From: a virus
Strand: one strand, 5' to 3'
Length of the DNA: 64,000 nt
Virus record (IMG/VR): IMGVR_UViG_3300046001_006965
Coordinates: 1 to 64,000 of that record
How positions within the stretch are numbered: position 1 is the stretch's first letter; each line of letters opens with the position of its first letter. Position numbers and translations under genes: made by a program. Of this stretch, positions 19,725-28,980 are shown in pieces. The notes below the pieces were generated by a model, which saw nothing but the letters and a program-made list of their open reading frames with translations, was not told where the DNA came from and made no database searches.

Positions 19725-21194
19725 TTAATAGTTTAGTTTTCTGCTTTGTTCCTCTGTCATTTTAAAGACCGTTTCTCTTGGGCTATTGTGTGCGATGTGG
19801 CCATATCTAGCTGCATCCCAAATGTGATTCCATTTATCGATAGGCTGGTTGATCTGAAGACCTCCTATCTCTTTCATCTTGTAATTCTGTTGCTCTTTGA
19901 GAGCTTCTTTATACAGATGATTTTTGATAATGTGAACCTTCTTTTTTTTCATCGATGTAAGCCAAAACATCACCGATTTAGTTTTGCTGATTTTGTAAGC
20001 ATTAACAAAACCCTCATCATTAAGGCCTCGGACCATCTCCACCGTTCCTTTGTTTTCTCCGGTGTATTTATCGGCAGAATCACAAGGAATAATATCTATG
20101 GCTTTATCAATTCCAAGGCTGTTCAATAATTCGGATAGTGCAGATGGCGTTTCTATCGGCTCATACGACAAAGGCTCTATCCAAATATTATATTCATCTT
20201 CGGCATATCGCACCAGCGTATTTGGATCTGTTGTAAATCCAAAGTCATTTGGATAAATAGGTGCTTTTTCTTCAGGAAATTTATCAAGCCAAAATACATT
20301 TGGAAATATTAATCCTTTCATTGCGCCTCGAAGTCCTAAACCGTATATTTTCCAGTAATCTTCGTCGGCCGTACCGTTAGTGATATTCGTTGGATGCGGT
20401 GGCGGTTGGTTCGTTTTGCTGATGGGTTCAACCTTTCCGGTTGCTTTGTTATAGCATTGTATCAAACTATCTTTGACAATGTATGAACCAGGCTTCCAAG
20501 GCTCGGTAATTATAATCTCATTCTTTTCTTGTGGTGAAATGAATTTATTATCATTGAATGTTGTTCGAAGGAAAGCAACGTCTGGACGGGTCAAAGCATT
20601 ATCAAAAAACCAGTGATCTGTGAATGACGGGTTATAATCAGCCCACCAAAACTTTCTACAACGCATTACCACCTGACTGAAAACTGACTTTTTTATAAAC
20701 ATTACTTCATTGAAGAAAGCATAGTCGCAACCTCCACCGTGTTTTCCATCGCCAATGAAATGTATTTTTGATTTTCCTATCTTGAAAGCTTTTACTTCTT
20801 CGGCATCGTGGAATTTATTAGGAAGTCCGTAATCATCCAATCGCCTTTTGAAATCATCGTACAAAGTAGTCTTGAATTCGTTGTACGTTTCACGGTAAAT
20901 ATTGATCGTGCATCCGTTTGGTTCGAAGTAAAGGCAAAGCCAAATAATAATGTCCACACCGGACCAAGTTTTTCCGGAACGTGAGGAACCTTCTAAGCCA
21001 GCGCCACGATAACCAGAAACGAGCTCCATTTTTCCGTTTACCTCTTTGTATTCCTGACTTGAAATGGCATTATGAAGAAGCGTGTAGTTTGGATTTGTTT
21101 CTTCATTTAAAACACAAAGCCGTTTACGTGAAAAGTCGATGTCTCTTTCTTTCAAAAGAGTTTCGAGTTCTAACATTTCGGCATCGTTTAGCAA
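19725..21194 (-). CDS. Terminase large subunit
   Basis: Walker A GSSRSGKT, FFNE, DYNP, nuclease DFGF..DP and NH.WDA.RY motifs. Confidence 0.92.
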   Translation of the reverse strand: MLNDAEMLELETLLKERDIDFSRKRLCVLNEETNPNYTLLHNAISSQEYKEVNGKMELVSGYRGAGLEGSSRSGKTWSGVDIIIWLCLYFEPNGCTINIYRETYNEFKTTLYDDFKRRLDDYGLPNKFHDAEEVKAFKIGKSKIHFIGDGKHGGGCDYAFFNEVMFIKKSVFSQVVMRCRKFWWADYNPSFTDHWFFDNALTRPDVAFLRTTFNDNKFISPQEKNEIIITEPWKPGSYIVKDSLIQCYNKATGKVEPISKTNQPPPHPTNITNGTADEDYWKIYGLGLRGAMKGLIFPNVFWLDKFPEEKAPIYPNDFGFTTDPNTLVRYAEDEYNIWIEPLSYEPIETPSALSELLNSLGIDKAIDIIPCDSADKYTGENKGTVEMVRGLNDEGFVNAYKISKTKSVMFWLTSMKKKKVHIIKNHLYKEALKEQQNYKMKEIGGLQINQPIDKWNHIWDAARYGHIAHNSPRETVFKMTEEQSRKLNY

Positions 21195-21220
21195 TTGTTG
21201 TTTTTTATTTAGTACTGATA

Positions 21221-21580
21221 TTATCTCTTTCTAAAATTATTTCTTGGCTTTGAAATGAATTTGCTTTGTACTTTTTCGTAAACAATAGTTTTTAAATCTT
21301 CTTGAAAAGACCTCAATTTTAAGGCTTCATCCCTGAAACAATCATCCATTGAAACAATTTTATCTGGAGTAATTTTTTTCAATTCATTTATAGAATCAAT
21401 TGCATATTTAACTGATATTGCAGCATCATCAAAAGACATATTTAAACTAGCCATAGCCGAACCAATATCAGCAAAATCAACTCCAACTAACACAAGCCTT
21501 TCTTTTAAAGATTTTTGCATCAATGCGCGCTTTCCTTGTCTACAATGGCCAATTATAATAATCCCTCTTTCGCTTTCCAT
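21221..21580 (-). CDS. Hypothetical protein
   Basis: 119 aa ORF in operon. Confidence 0.6.
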   Translation of the reverse strand: MESERGIIIIGHCRQGKRALMQKSLKERLVLVGVDFADIGSAMASLNMSFDDAAISVKYAIDSINELKKITPDKIVSMDDCFRDEALKLRSFQEDLKTIVYEKVQSKFISKPRNNFRKR

Positions 21581-21837
21581 TACTCTACAACTTTGATTAA
21601 TTTAAAATAGATCATGAAATTGATTTTGTCCTTGATGCTTTCTTGGGCTTTACGTCCAAATGCTCGTTTGTTTTGTTGCATCAATACAAACTGGTCAATG
21701 ACTTTTTGTCGCTCGATTGGATCGTTGAGCTTGTGTTTTTCGATGATTCTTTTAACCTGTTCCTTTTGGGCACGTTTCCTGATCAGGTATTGAAACCGGA
21801 TGGACAGATTCCGTTTGATGGCTTTTAGAATACTCAT
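21580..21837 (-). CDS. Hypothetical basic protein
   Basis: 85 aa, coupled. Confidence 0.6.
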   Translation of the reverse strand: MSILKAIKRNLSIRFQYLIRKRAQKEQVKRIIEKHKLNDPIERQKVIDQFVLMQQNKRAFGRKAQESIKDKINFMIYFKLIKVVE

Positions 21838-22160
21838 TTTACTTTGTTTAATTCGTAATCTATTTGAGCAGCAATCAAGGCGCCGGCTTTTGTAAGTTCC
21901 TTGATTCTGTCCTTTGGAGTCGGTTTCCAGAATTTTTCATCCCACGGCCACATAGCAGTAATAAAACTACTATATTCAGGATCTTCTATTGGTTCTGATT
22001 TTTTACCACGATAACCTTCATTTAAAGCATAACAAACGCCTGCTAAAGCTAATTGTTCACCTTTATACAAAAAATCATTGGTGTAATCATACCCTAATTC
22101 TTCTATTTGTCTTTTTCGCTCGATGGCGATTAATTCTACACCTTTGCTCATTTTATGCAC
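21834..22160 (-). CDS. Conserved phage hypothetical protein
   Basis: ER.RQ, WPW..WKP, L.KAGALI.A motifs. Confidence 0.75.
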   Translation of the reverse strand: MHKMSKGVELIAIERKRQIEELGYDYTNDFLYKGEQLALAGVCYALNEGYRGKKSEPIEDPEYSSFITAMWPWDEKFWKPTPKDRIKELTKAGALIAAQIDYELNKVK

Positions 22161-22383
22161 GTTTTAAAATTTGTAATGGTTTATTCAATCCTAATGAAAT
22201 AATCTTCATATCTCTGGCTTTGGCCGCTTCTCTATCATCATCAAAGCAACCACATAAATAAGTGATGCCTTTGTCTAATACTGTTGAAATCCATTTTGAA
22301 GCATCCCTATTCCAGCGAACGCCAACGTATTTCGAAACCCGATTGTTTGAAGTTCTGCCTTCTTTGATAAATTTTGTAGCCAT
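22153..22383 (-). CDS. AP2-domain DNA-binding protein
   Basis: SKYVGV.W..KW..G.F..E.EAA.ARD. Confidence 0.75.
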   Translation of the reverse strand: MATKFIKEGRTSNNRVSKYVGVRWNRDASKWISTVLDKGITYLCGCFDDDREAAKARDMKIISLGLNKPLQILKRA

Positions 22384-22553
22384 TATAGTTCCGTGATTAA
22401 TGATTGGACAAATACGTCCTGGTCTTTGAGCACAATCTTCATCCCGTCGTTTTCTTGGGATTCTGCAAAATCAAGTAAGGCGTAGCCAATAAGTGTTGGA
22501 TCCACTGTTTCTTTGCCTTCAACAAATACACGTCCGTTTACGATTTCTATCAT
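22383..22553 (-). CDS. Small hypothetical protein
   Basis: Likely start MIEIVNG. Confidence 0.6.
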   Translation of the reverse strand: MIEIVNGRVFVEGKETVDPTLIGYALLDFAESQENDGMKIVLKDQDVFVQSLITEL

Positions 22554-22581
22554 GGTTATTTTGGGGTTTTGGTTTAAAAAT

Positions 22582-22779
22582 AAAAGCAATTCACATCTGG
22601 TTTTTTAAAAGGGGGTATTAATGAAAATTAAAAAACATTGCCACCTCCTAACGACATACGATCCAGATTCCCTACATCCCTATTTTTACCCAGTAATCGA
22701 TGCAGCATTGAATGATTTAACGAGCCTTTCCAACCCGACTGGTTCAATGTCCCGACTAATCTCGGGATGAATTGCTTTT
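22582..22779 (-). ncRNA. Putative ~200-nt multi-branched structured ncRNA
   Basis: 12-bp terminal inverted repeat plus four internal helices, downstream of tRNA-like genes. Confidence 0.5.
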
Positions 22780-22797
22780 GTTTCAAATAACATTTTG

Positions 22798-22868
22798 TTG
22801 CGGATGTCGGACTCGAACCGATCTAATAGGTTATGAGCCTACTGTGCTAGCCATTACACTACACCGCG
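22798..22868 (-). tRNA. tRNA-Met(CAT), initiator-like, degenerate
   Basis: CGCGGTG start, CTCATAA loop in a 5-bp stem, GGTTCGAGTCC T-arm; mismatches at the base of acceptor and T stems. Confidence 0.65.
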
Positions 22869-22974
22869 CTATTTCTATGGATAACCTATATCATTGTACT
22901 TTTGATAAAATCTACTTTTGCTATTCGCGAAATACCAATCATAAACCTTTCAGTTATCCTTCTCTCTGGTTTTG

Positions 22975-23044
22975 TGGAGAAGAACGGACTCGAACCGATA
23001 TACCGAAGCACCAACAACTGCTCTACCATTTGAGCTACTTCCCC
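22975..23044 (-). ncRNA. tRNA-like RNA lacking a canonical anticodon arm
   Basis: Intact acceptor GGGGAAG/CTTCTCC, D-arm GCTC/GAGC and T-loop TTCGAGT; only 20 nt between D and T arms. Confidence 0.65.
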
Positions 23045-23098
23045 ATTTAAAAAAGCCGTTCATTTACTGAAAGGCTTTTATACATTGAATTGACCTTT

Positions 23099-23479
23099 TT
23101 AACAGTCGTTCCTGATCTTGTTACAGGAACTTGTTTTACTGGTCTTAAAATTTAAATTGTAATTTGTAATCAATTTTTCTTTGTATGGAATATGCACAAA
23201 AGATAAATTTTCACTTCGCCATCCTACATCTGTGATGATTGCTAAGGATGGGTTTAAAGTTTTTTGATTGCTTTCAATGAAAATACATTGAGAAAAAGCC
23301 GCTTCAATCGGAACGGAAACAACTTGAAAAGTGTAATCTACATTTACAGCCTCAATGCTGACAGATTGATCTGCCGTGAGTACTGTTTTCTGTTTTTGGT
23401 CCGGTTTGCTTGTAGTTGCAAATGCCGTCAAACTAATCATCCCGATTAGCAAAATAAAGACCGAACGAATGTTCTTCAT
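23099..23479 (-). CDS. Exported hypothetical protein
   Basis: Signal peptide ending AFA. Confidence 0.65.
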   Translation of the reverse strand: MKNIRSVFILLIGMISLTAFATTSKPDQKQKTVLTADQSVSIEAVNVDYTFQVVSVPIEAAFSQCIFIESNQKTLNPSLAIITDVGWRSENLSFVHIPYKEKLITNYNLNFKTSKTSSCNKIRNDC

Positions 23480-23487
23480 AACGATAT

Positions 23488-23528
23488 CAAAAGTAACATA
23501 TTTTACAATATAATTGCAAAATATGTTA
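23488..23528 (-). promoter_or_regulatory. Promoter with paired 15-bp operator (site 1 of 4)
   Basis: TACTTTTG -7 element; TAACATATTTTACAA and TTGCAAAATATGTTA, 20-bp period. Confidence 0.65.
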
Positions 23529-23546
23529 TTAATTAGTTAAAAAAAG

Positions 23547-24014
23547 TTAGATTAATTTTTGCGCTTTAGCTATAAGTGCCGCTATGCGTGCTTCACGCTC
23601 TTCGGAATTGGTTATTACCAAAGGATTTTCTTTGTCGCCCTGGATCATAATTTTAGTTACAGGATAGATTGCCTCTAACTTATTTATTTCCTTTTTGTAG
23701 TTCAAGAGAACAGCCATTCCTTGAGGAGTGTTTTTAAACTTGGCATCCATCGAACGAACATCTTGCTTTAGTTCTGCAATTTTTAATGATCGCTTTTGCT
23801 CGACGGTAGCTTCCTGTTCTTCATGCCAAATCTTGTAAGCTTTTTGAAGTAAAACTTTTGATTGCCTTCTCTTGATGTACTCGCCATCTTTATTTACAAA
23901 CTGCTGCTCGATATTCTTTAAAATCAAATAATCGGGCACGCCATTGATTATCCACCCTTGAATGGTGAATACTCGTTTTTCGGTTTCTAATTTACTTGAT
24001 CTAGAACCTGGCAT
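23547..24014 (-). CDS. Probable terminase small subunit
   Basis: 155 aa, helical, C-terminal GDKENPL motif typical of TerS. Confidence 0.5.
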   Translation of the reverse strand: MPGSRSSKLETEKRVFTIQGWIINGVPDYLILKNIEQQFVNKDGEYIKRRQSKVLLQKAYKIWHEEQEATVEQKRSLKIAELKQDVRSMDAKFKNTPQGMAVLLNYKKEINKLEAIYPVTKIMIQGDKENPLVITNSEEREARIAALIAKAQKLI

Positions 24015-24019
24015 ATCGT

Positions 24020-24256
24020 TTATTGATTTGGGTACATTCGTTTAATAACCGCAATATGTCGGCTTAATTCTGTAATCCTATCCCGGAGTTTGATAGCTTC
24101 TTTTTCTCTCAAAATACGTATTTCGGCATCTTGCTCAGCAATTGGTTTTGGCTCATAAGCCAACAATGCTTTTTCGTTTATCGTTTTTTCTTCTTCTAGG
24201 TAGTCTAAAATGGAATCTCTCATTTCGATTAATATTTGGTAGTTTGTTTTTGCCAT
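24020..24256 (-). CDS. Hypothetical coiled-coil protein
   Basis: 78 aa ORF. Confidence 0.65.
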   Translation of the reverse strand: MAKTNYQILIEMRDSILDYLEEEKTINEKALLAYEPKPIAEQDAEIRILREKEAIKLRDRITELSRHIAVIKRMYPNQ

Positions 24257-24527
24257 TTCTTCACTTAGTTTTGTTACGATGGCATAAATGTAAGCAAAAC
24301 TGATATTAAACCCGTACAGTGACCGAAGCCACTATTTAAATTTCATAATTTATTATTGTTCTAAAAAGCGTAAATAGTATGTCCGTCCAATAACAATACT
24401 CTATTTCCGTGAATAGCAAAAACTTTGGTTTTGATTTCTATTTCTTCTCCTCTGTCTTCGACTGCATAAGTGATGTTATCTCCTTTTTTTAATTTTTCTA
24501 ATAAATACATGGCTTGCTTGTTTTTAA

Positions 24528-26015
24528 TTACAGAGCAATATTGGGTTGAATTTCGTACTGTTCCAAGTCATCACCCAAGTTTAATTCAGGATAGTTTTCT
24601 TTTATTTTCTTTGGATCACCTTTGTAGAACACCAATACATTCTGGTGCATTTTGCCTACTTTTCGGCCACCGTTGAACTGGCGACGAACACGAATGGCCA
24701 GAGAACCCACCACGTTTACCAATATAATTTCATTGTAGTACTTTGCTCCGGCTTCTTCAAAAGCCCGTACTGTATCGCCCACAAAGTTGTAATAAAATCC
24801 TTTTTTATCTCTAACATCACCCACAACAAAACAGGCGAAGCGATCATCTTTGAGTCGTGCAATTGATTTTTTGATGATACTGAAATAAGCATCTTTGAAG
24901 TCTGCATAATCCATATTGGACAAATCCTTTGGATCATCACTATATTTCTCTAAATCGGCATAAGGCGGACAGCTATACACAAAATCATAAGTACGTTTTT
25001 CGTCCATATCTTTTTCCAAGACATCATTACTATCGCCAGCGTGCCACATCACATTTTCTATATTCAAAACCTTGGCTTGTTTTCTGTTAGCATCACATTG
25101 ATCTTCTCTCAAATCAATTCCCAAGTATTCATAACCAAGAACTCCGGCAACTATACCACGAACAGAACCACCGGCAAAAGGATCTAAAATAAAACCACCT
25201 TCAGGACAAAACCAACGATAGGAAAGCTCACAAAGAACTGGATCAAAAATACTGGCGCCTTCGTAAACGTGCATTCCTTTTTTCTTTGCATAGTCAAGGA
25301 TTTCATCCCACTCGGGGTCACGTCCTAAGTTTTCACGCATTTTATTTCTAAGTTCATAGATTGCTGTTGATTGGCCACTTTTTGCGATTAGCTCAACATC
25401 TTCTCGGGTTTCTTGTGAGTTGAAACCAAGTGACAACCATTTGCGTTTTCTTTCTTGCCACACTCCAGAGCGTGTATCTAAAATTGAAAAAGGAGGAAAT
25501 ATAAAACTATCTTTTAACGAAGATGGAATGATCGGATTATTTTCGGAATCATTTTTATTCATCAAACCCTGGAAAGCAATTTCGTCAAAGTCTGCAATAT
25601 TCAACATTGCTTGCATATCCGGAAAGTCTAAATCAAAATTATTAACGAAGTCGAACAATCCTTGCTGGGTAATTTTTGCGTAGTTACTAGAGTACACTAA
25701 AACCAATTCGGCTGCTTCTTTCATATTGGCACAATCAACAAAAGTGGCCGGCAGCAATTCCGGAACGGAACTACCGGACAATGATACTTTTTCTAAATCT
25801 AAAAACCTATGGCGACCATCAAGGCAATAGTTCACTCCATCGTTGTGCCATACCATAAACGGAGCAATGAATTGATATTTTAAAATGGATTCAACCAGCT
25901 TTTCAGCACCGTTATTAACCCATTCCTTGAAGTTTTCCTGTTGGATGAATTGAAGCTCACGCCAGTTGATTGGCTCTGTTTTTAGGATTCTGGAAGCTAT
26001 AGTTTGTGACGTCAT
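24528..26015 (-). CDS. ParB-like N-terminus fused to DNA amino-methyltransferase
   Basis: LDGRHR; LDPFAGGSVRG SAM motif; SCPPY catalytic motif. Confidence 0.85.
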   Translation of the reverse strand: MTSQTIASRILKTEPINWRELQFIQQENFKEWVNNGAEKLVESILKYQFIAPFMVWHNDGVNYCLDGRHRFLDLEKVSLSGSSVPELLPATFVDCANMKEAAELVLVYSSNYAKITQQGLFDFVNNFDLDFPDMQAMLNIADFDEIAFQGLMNKNDSENNPIIPSSLKDSFIFPPFSILDTRSGVWQERKRKWLSLGFNSQETREDVELIAKSGQSTAIYELRNKMRENLGRDPEWDEILDYAKKKGMHVYEGASIFDPVLCELSYRWFCPEGGFILDPFAGGSVRGIVAGVLGYEYLGIDLREDQCDANRKQAKVLNIENVMWHAGDSNDVLEKDMDEKRTYDFVYSCPPYADLEKYSDDPKDLSNMDYADFKDAYFSIIKKSIARLKDDRFACFVVGDVRDKKGFYYNFVGDTVRAFEEAGAKYYNEIILVNVVGSLAIRVRRQFNGGRKVGKMHQNVLVFYKGDPKKIKENYPELNLGDDLEQYEIQPNIAL

Positions 26016-26051
26016 TTTTTTGAAATATTTTTCTTTGGTTACATTATACCA

Positions 26052-26092
26052 CAAATGTAACAAAATATGTTATTACATTGCAAAATATGTTA
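26052..26092 (-). promoter_or_regulatory. Promoter with paired 15-bp operator (site 2 of 4)
   Basis: TACATTTG; TAACAAAATATGTTA and TTGCAAAATATGTTA. Confidence 0.65.
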
Positions 26093-26098
26093 TAATAG

Positions 26099-26124
26099 AA
26101 AAGCCACTTGCAGTAAGTGGCTTT
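26099..26124. terminator. Intrinsic terminator
   Basis: AAAGCCACTT/AAGTGGCTTT hairpin. Confidence 0.65.
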
Positions 26125-26245
26125 ATCATAAATAACTGAATGTTAATGTATTAAATTTTTGGTCGAAGAAATATAATTACATCATTCCCTATTTGTATTG
26201 GGGTGGGGCTTTCACATCAAAACCAACTTTATGGCCTGTTTTAGA

Positions 26246-26887
26246 TTATGACCATAATTTTTTAGCAGTTTCAAGGTTCTTTTCTGCTTCATTTACTGCT
26301 TTTTTAGCATAAGTAAGCGAATAAGAGTGTCGTCTTTCGTACTTTCCGGACTTCAATCCTTCGTGCTGTTCTTTGGCTGCTTCGACTTTGTATTCAAAAT
26401 ACTCCAGGCTTTCCGGCATTGAAAGATTTATGACGTTTGCTTTTCTTTCCCAGTATTCGGCTTTGCTTTCGTGTTGTTCTGCGATTTTGGTATTCTCTAC
26501 AGATTTGGCCATTCTATTCCAATTACGGTCTATTAACGCTCTATGACGTTTTTCTGAATGATGGCCAATCTTAATTGGTTCTGCCAATGCTAGAAAATCT
26601 CTTCCTTCTTGAGACGCTTCAAAGTATTCAGTTGATTTGCTTTCTCGGGAATTTGCCCAGTTATGATAACGTTCTGCTTTGGCTTTTGCAAACTCCTGAA
26701 CATTAAAACCGTCAGCTCTTACAATGGAATAGTAATAATGATCGTCCTTTCTTAACACAAGGTTAAAAACAATACATTCGTGTTCTTTTCCATATTTTGT
26801 TTCCAAGGTAATGGTTTCTCCTTTTTCGTGTCTTTCTGGACATTTTGCCACAAAAACATTAGCAGTAAATTTTGAGTAAGTGTTCAT
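26246..26887 (-). CDS. DUF3560-like protein
   Basis: EPI.IGHHSEKRHR signature. Confidence 0.8.
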   Translation of the reverse strand: MNTYSKFTANVFVAKCPERHEKGETITLETKYGKEHECIVFNLVLRKDDHYYYSIVRADGFNVQEFAKAKAERYHNWANSRESKSTEYFEASQEGRDFLALAEPIKIGHHSEKRHRALIDRNWNRMAKSVENTKIAEQHESKAEYWERKANVINLSMPESLEYFEYKVEAAKEQHEGLKSGKYERRHSYSLTYAKKAVNEAEKNLETAKKLWS

Positions 26888-26973
26888 ATTGATTATTTTT
26901 TACAGATTGTACATTTATAATTTTTGAATATTGTCATTGTGAAGCAATGTTTGCAGTATTTAAACATGGTTTT

Positions 26974-27183
26974 TTAGTTTTGAAGTTCATAATATCCGTT
27001 AATGTCGTAGGTAATCGACATTGATAAATCTTCTTCGAGTTGGTCGATGTTTTCCTCTTCTTCTTCAAATTCGTATGATCCGGTCCATGCGTTCCATTCG
27101 GCATGATAGGAAGAATTGTCTAATCTAAATTGAAGTAAGTTTGCATCAATCGTTGTGCGTGGAGTAAATAATAATAGTGCCAT
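26974..27183 (-). CDS. Small acidic hypothetical protein
   Basis: Strongly acidic; likely start MALLLF. Confidence 0.6.
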   Translation of the reverse strand: MALLLFTPRTTIDANLLQFRLDNSSYHAEWNAWTGSYEFEEEEENIDQLEEDLSMSITYDINGYYELQN

Positions 27184-27267
27184 AGTATTGCTTTTTTTGT
27201 GTTTATCGTTAAGCAATATTAGGTTGAGATATTTTCACTGTCAAGGGAATCGGCCTTATTCTTCGAG

Positions 27268-27483
27268 TTAAAAAAGAGAAAGTTGGTCATAAATCTCTTT
27301 CTCTTTTTTGATTATTATTTCAAACAAATCAGGAAACATTACCATAAACCGGTTCATATAATTGATAACAGTTTCAGATAGTTTTTCAATGTCAATGAAA
27401 TTTTGTTTTAATTGGATCTTTGGAATGCCATTTTCATAAATGACATTCGATTTCCGGCTGTAGGTGTTACTGAGATTAAGCAT
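27268..27483 (-). CDS. Hypothetical protein
   Basis: 71 aa, ends in QLSLF. Confidence 0.55.
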   Translation of the reverse strand: MLNLSNTYSRKSNVIYENGIPKIQLKQNFIDIEKLSETVINYMNRFMVMFPDLFEIIIKKEKEIYDQLSLF

Positions 27484-27688
27484 TGCTTTTGAGTTTTACA
27501 ACATAGGAATTAAATCCACTGGCTATGTATGTTTTATTTGATATTGAAAGACAGTTTAATTTATACTCATCATCTATAAAATATTTATCTTGTAAAGTTT
27601 CAGATTCAACGTCTGATAATATTTCTAAATCCAGTCCGTTACCGATTATCCTACTGATGAAAACCAGGTCTTTTGCTTTTCTTTTCAT
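27476..27688 (-). CDS. Hypothetical protein
   Basis: 70 aa ORF in operon. Confidence 0.55.
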   Translation of the reverse strand: MKRKAKDLVFISRIIGNGLDLEILSDVESETLQDKYFIDDEYKLNCLSISNKTYIASGFNSYVVKLKSNA

Positions 27689-27692
27689 AGTT

Positions 27693-28295
27693 TTACTTTT
27701 CTGATTCTCTAATTTCTTCAGCCTCTTGTGCCATAATCGGAGAAAGTTCCCTCCAACATTCTATACAAAATTTTTCACCTTCATCATCTTGTTCCATCGT
27801 TTCTGAGTCAAATTTGTTGCCACAACCGATGCATTCCACAATGTCGGTATCCGGAAACCAAAAAGATAGTTTCCCTTTTACGTTCAGGATTGGTTTTTCG
27901 TAAAGAACCGGATTGGCGAGTACCCAGTTGTAGATTGGTTTTTGACCGATAATTATATTAGTTCTGCCAACTTTTGTAACTCCTTCTGATTGTTCTGCCC
28001 AAATACTCGGATTATTGATAACACAATCAATGATGTCAACTTCGCCAATGATTGCAGATTTTAAAAAGAATTTGTTATGTTCTTCTTTTATAGAAACATC
28101 AACTTTTTTGTTAATTGCTTCCCATTGATTTACAGGAAAAGCCAAATTATTTCCTTTGAAAAATGGATAAATCTGACCTGAAGAGTGAATATATATTCTA
28201 CCTCTGAAATGAGTTTTCCAAGTTCTGTTCTCGATGTCTTTAATTCCGTGAGCGATTAATGATGCCCAAGGCTGTTTGATTGATAGTGTTTTCAT
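27693..28295 (-). CDS. ASCH-domain protein with C-terminal Zn ribbon
   Basis: LSIKQPWA.LI..G.KDIENR.W; CxxC..CxxC. Confidence 0.88.
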   Translation of the reverse strand: MKTLSIKQPWASLIAHGIKDIENRTWKTHFRGRIYIHSSGQIYPFFKGNNLAFPVNQWEAINKKVDVSIKEEHNKFFLKSAIIGEVDIIDCVINNPSIWAEQSEGVTKVGRTNIIIGQKPIYNWVLANPVLYEKPILNVKGKLSFWFPDTDIVECIGCGNKFDSETMEQDDEGEKFCIECWRELSPIMAQEAEEIRESEK

Positions 28296-28306
28296 AATGT
28301 GTTTTA

Positions 28307-28753
28307 TTAATTAAATTCAAGTCTCGTTTGATATTTTCCTGCGTAACCTTTGTCTTGGCACATTTTTATAAAAACTGGAGGCGTAACGGCTTTTAATTTT
28401 TGATCATCAATAATTAATCTTTCGATATCTCGATAATAGAAAACCAAAAATCTTTTGAATGCTGGCCTGAAATAGTAATTTATGTATTCTTCTATCTCTA
28501 AATCTGTCATTTCACGACTTTGAATATATTCCCAATTGTTTTCAACTCCGGTTCTTCTGGTCATAAATGGATCAGTATTTATAATTAATGCAATTTGCTT
28601 TTTTTGGCTGCTTTCTTTATTATAAAAACCATAGGTTACAGTGAATTTTTTATTTTTGATTTGCTTTTTTAGGAAGCTAAATTCCTCTGGATCAAAATCT
28701 ATGTTTATGTCTTTTTCCCATAAATCATAGTATCGCTTTGTGTTTTCAGTCAT
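28307..28753 (-). CDS. Hypothetical protein
   Basis: 148 aa ORF. Confidence 0.6.
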   Translation of the reverse strand: MTENTKRYYDLWEKDINIDFDPEEFSFLKKQIKNKKFTVTYGFYNKESSQKKQIALIINTDPFMTRRTGVENNWEYIQSREMTDLEIEEYINYYFRPAFKRFLVFYYRDIERLIIDDQKLKAVTPPVFIKMCQDKGYAGKYQTRLEFN

Positions 28754-28960
28754 TTAAAAATTATTTATACTCGAATGAAAATATAAAAAGTTGCCACGGT
28801 CAAACTGTATCTTTTTATCGTAAAAATCTTGAATGATTCTTGAAACAGTTTGATCTGACGTTCCTACTATTTGACCAATAACTTTCAATCTTCTATCGTC
28901 TGAACAAAAAAATAATTCCAAGACTCTCTGCTCTTGATTTCGTGATATTTCATTTAACAT
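28754..28960 (-). CDS. Small HTH protein
   Basis: L..IG..VG.S..TVSRII. Confidence 0.55.
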   Translation of the reverse strand: MLNEISRNQEQRVLELFFCSDDRRLKVIGQIVGTSDQTVSRIIQDFYDKKIQFDRGNFLYFHSSINNF

Positions 28961-28980
28961 GGCAACTTCTTATTTTTGGT

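Noticed and set aside
22772-23050. Plus-strand 92-aa ORF
   Set aside because: Shadow ORF antisense to the tRNA-like genes.
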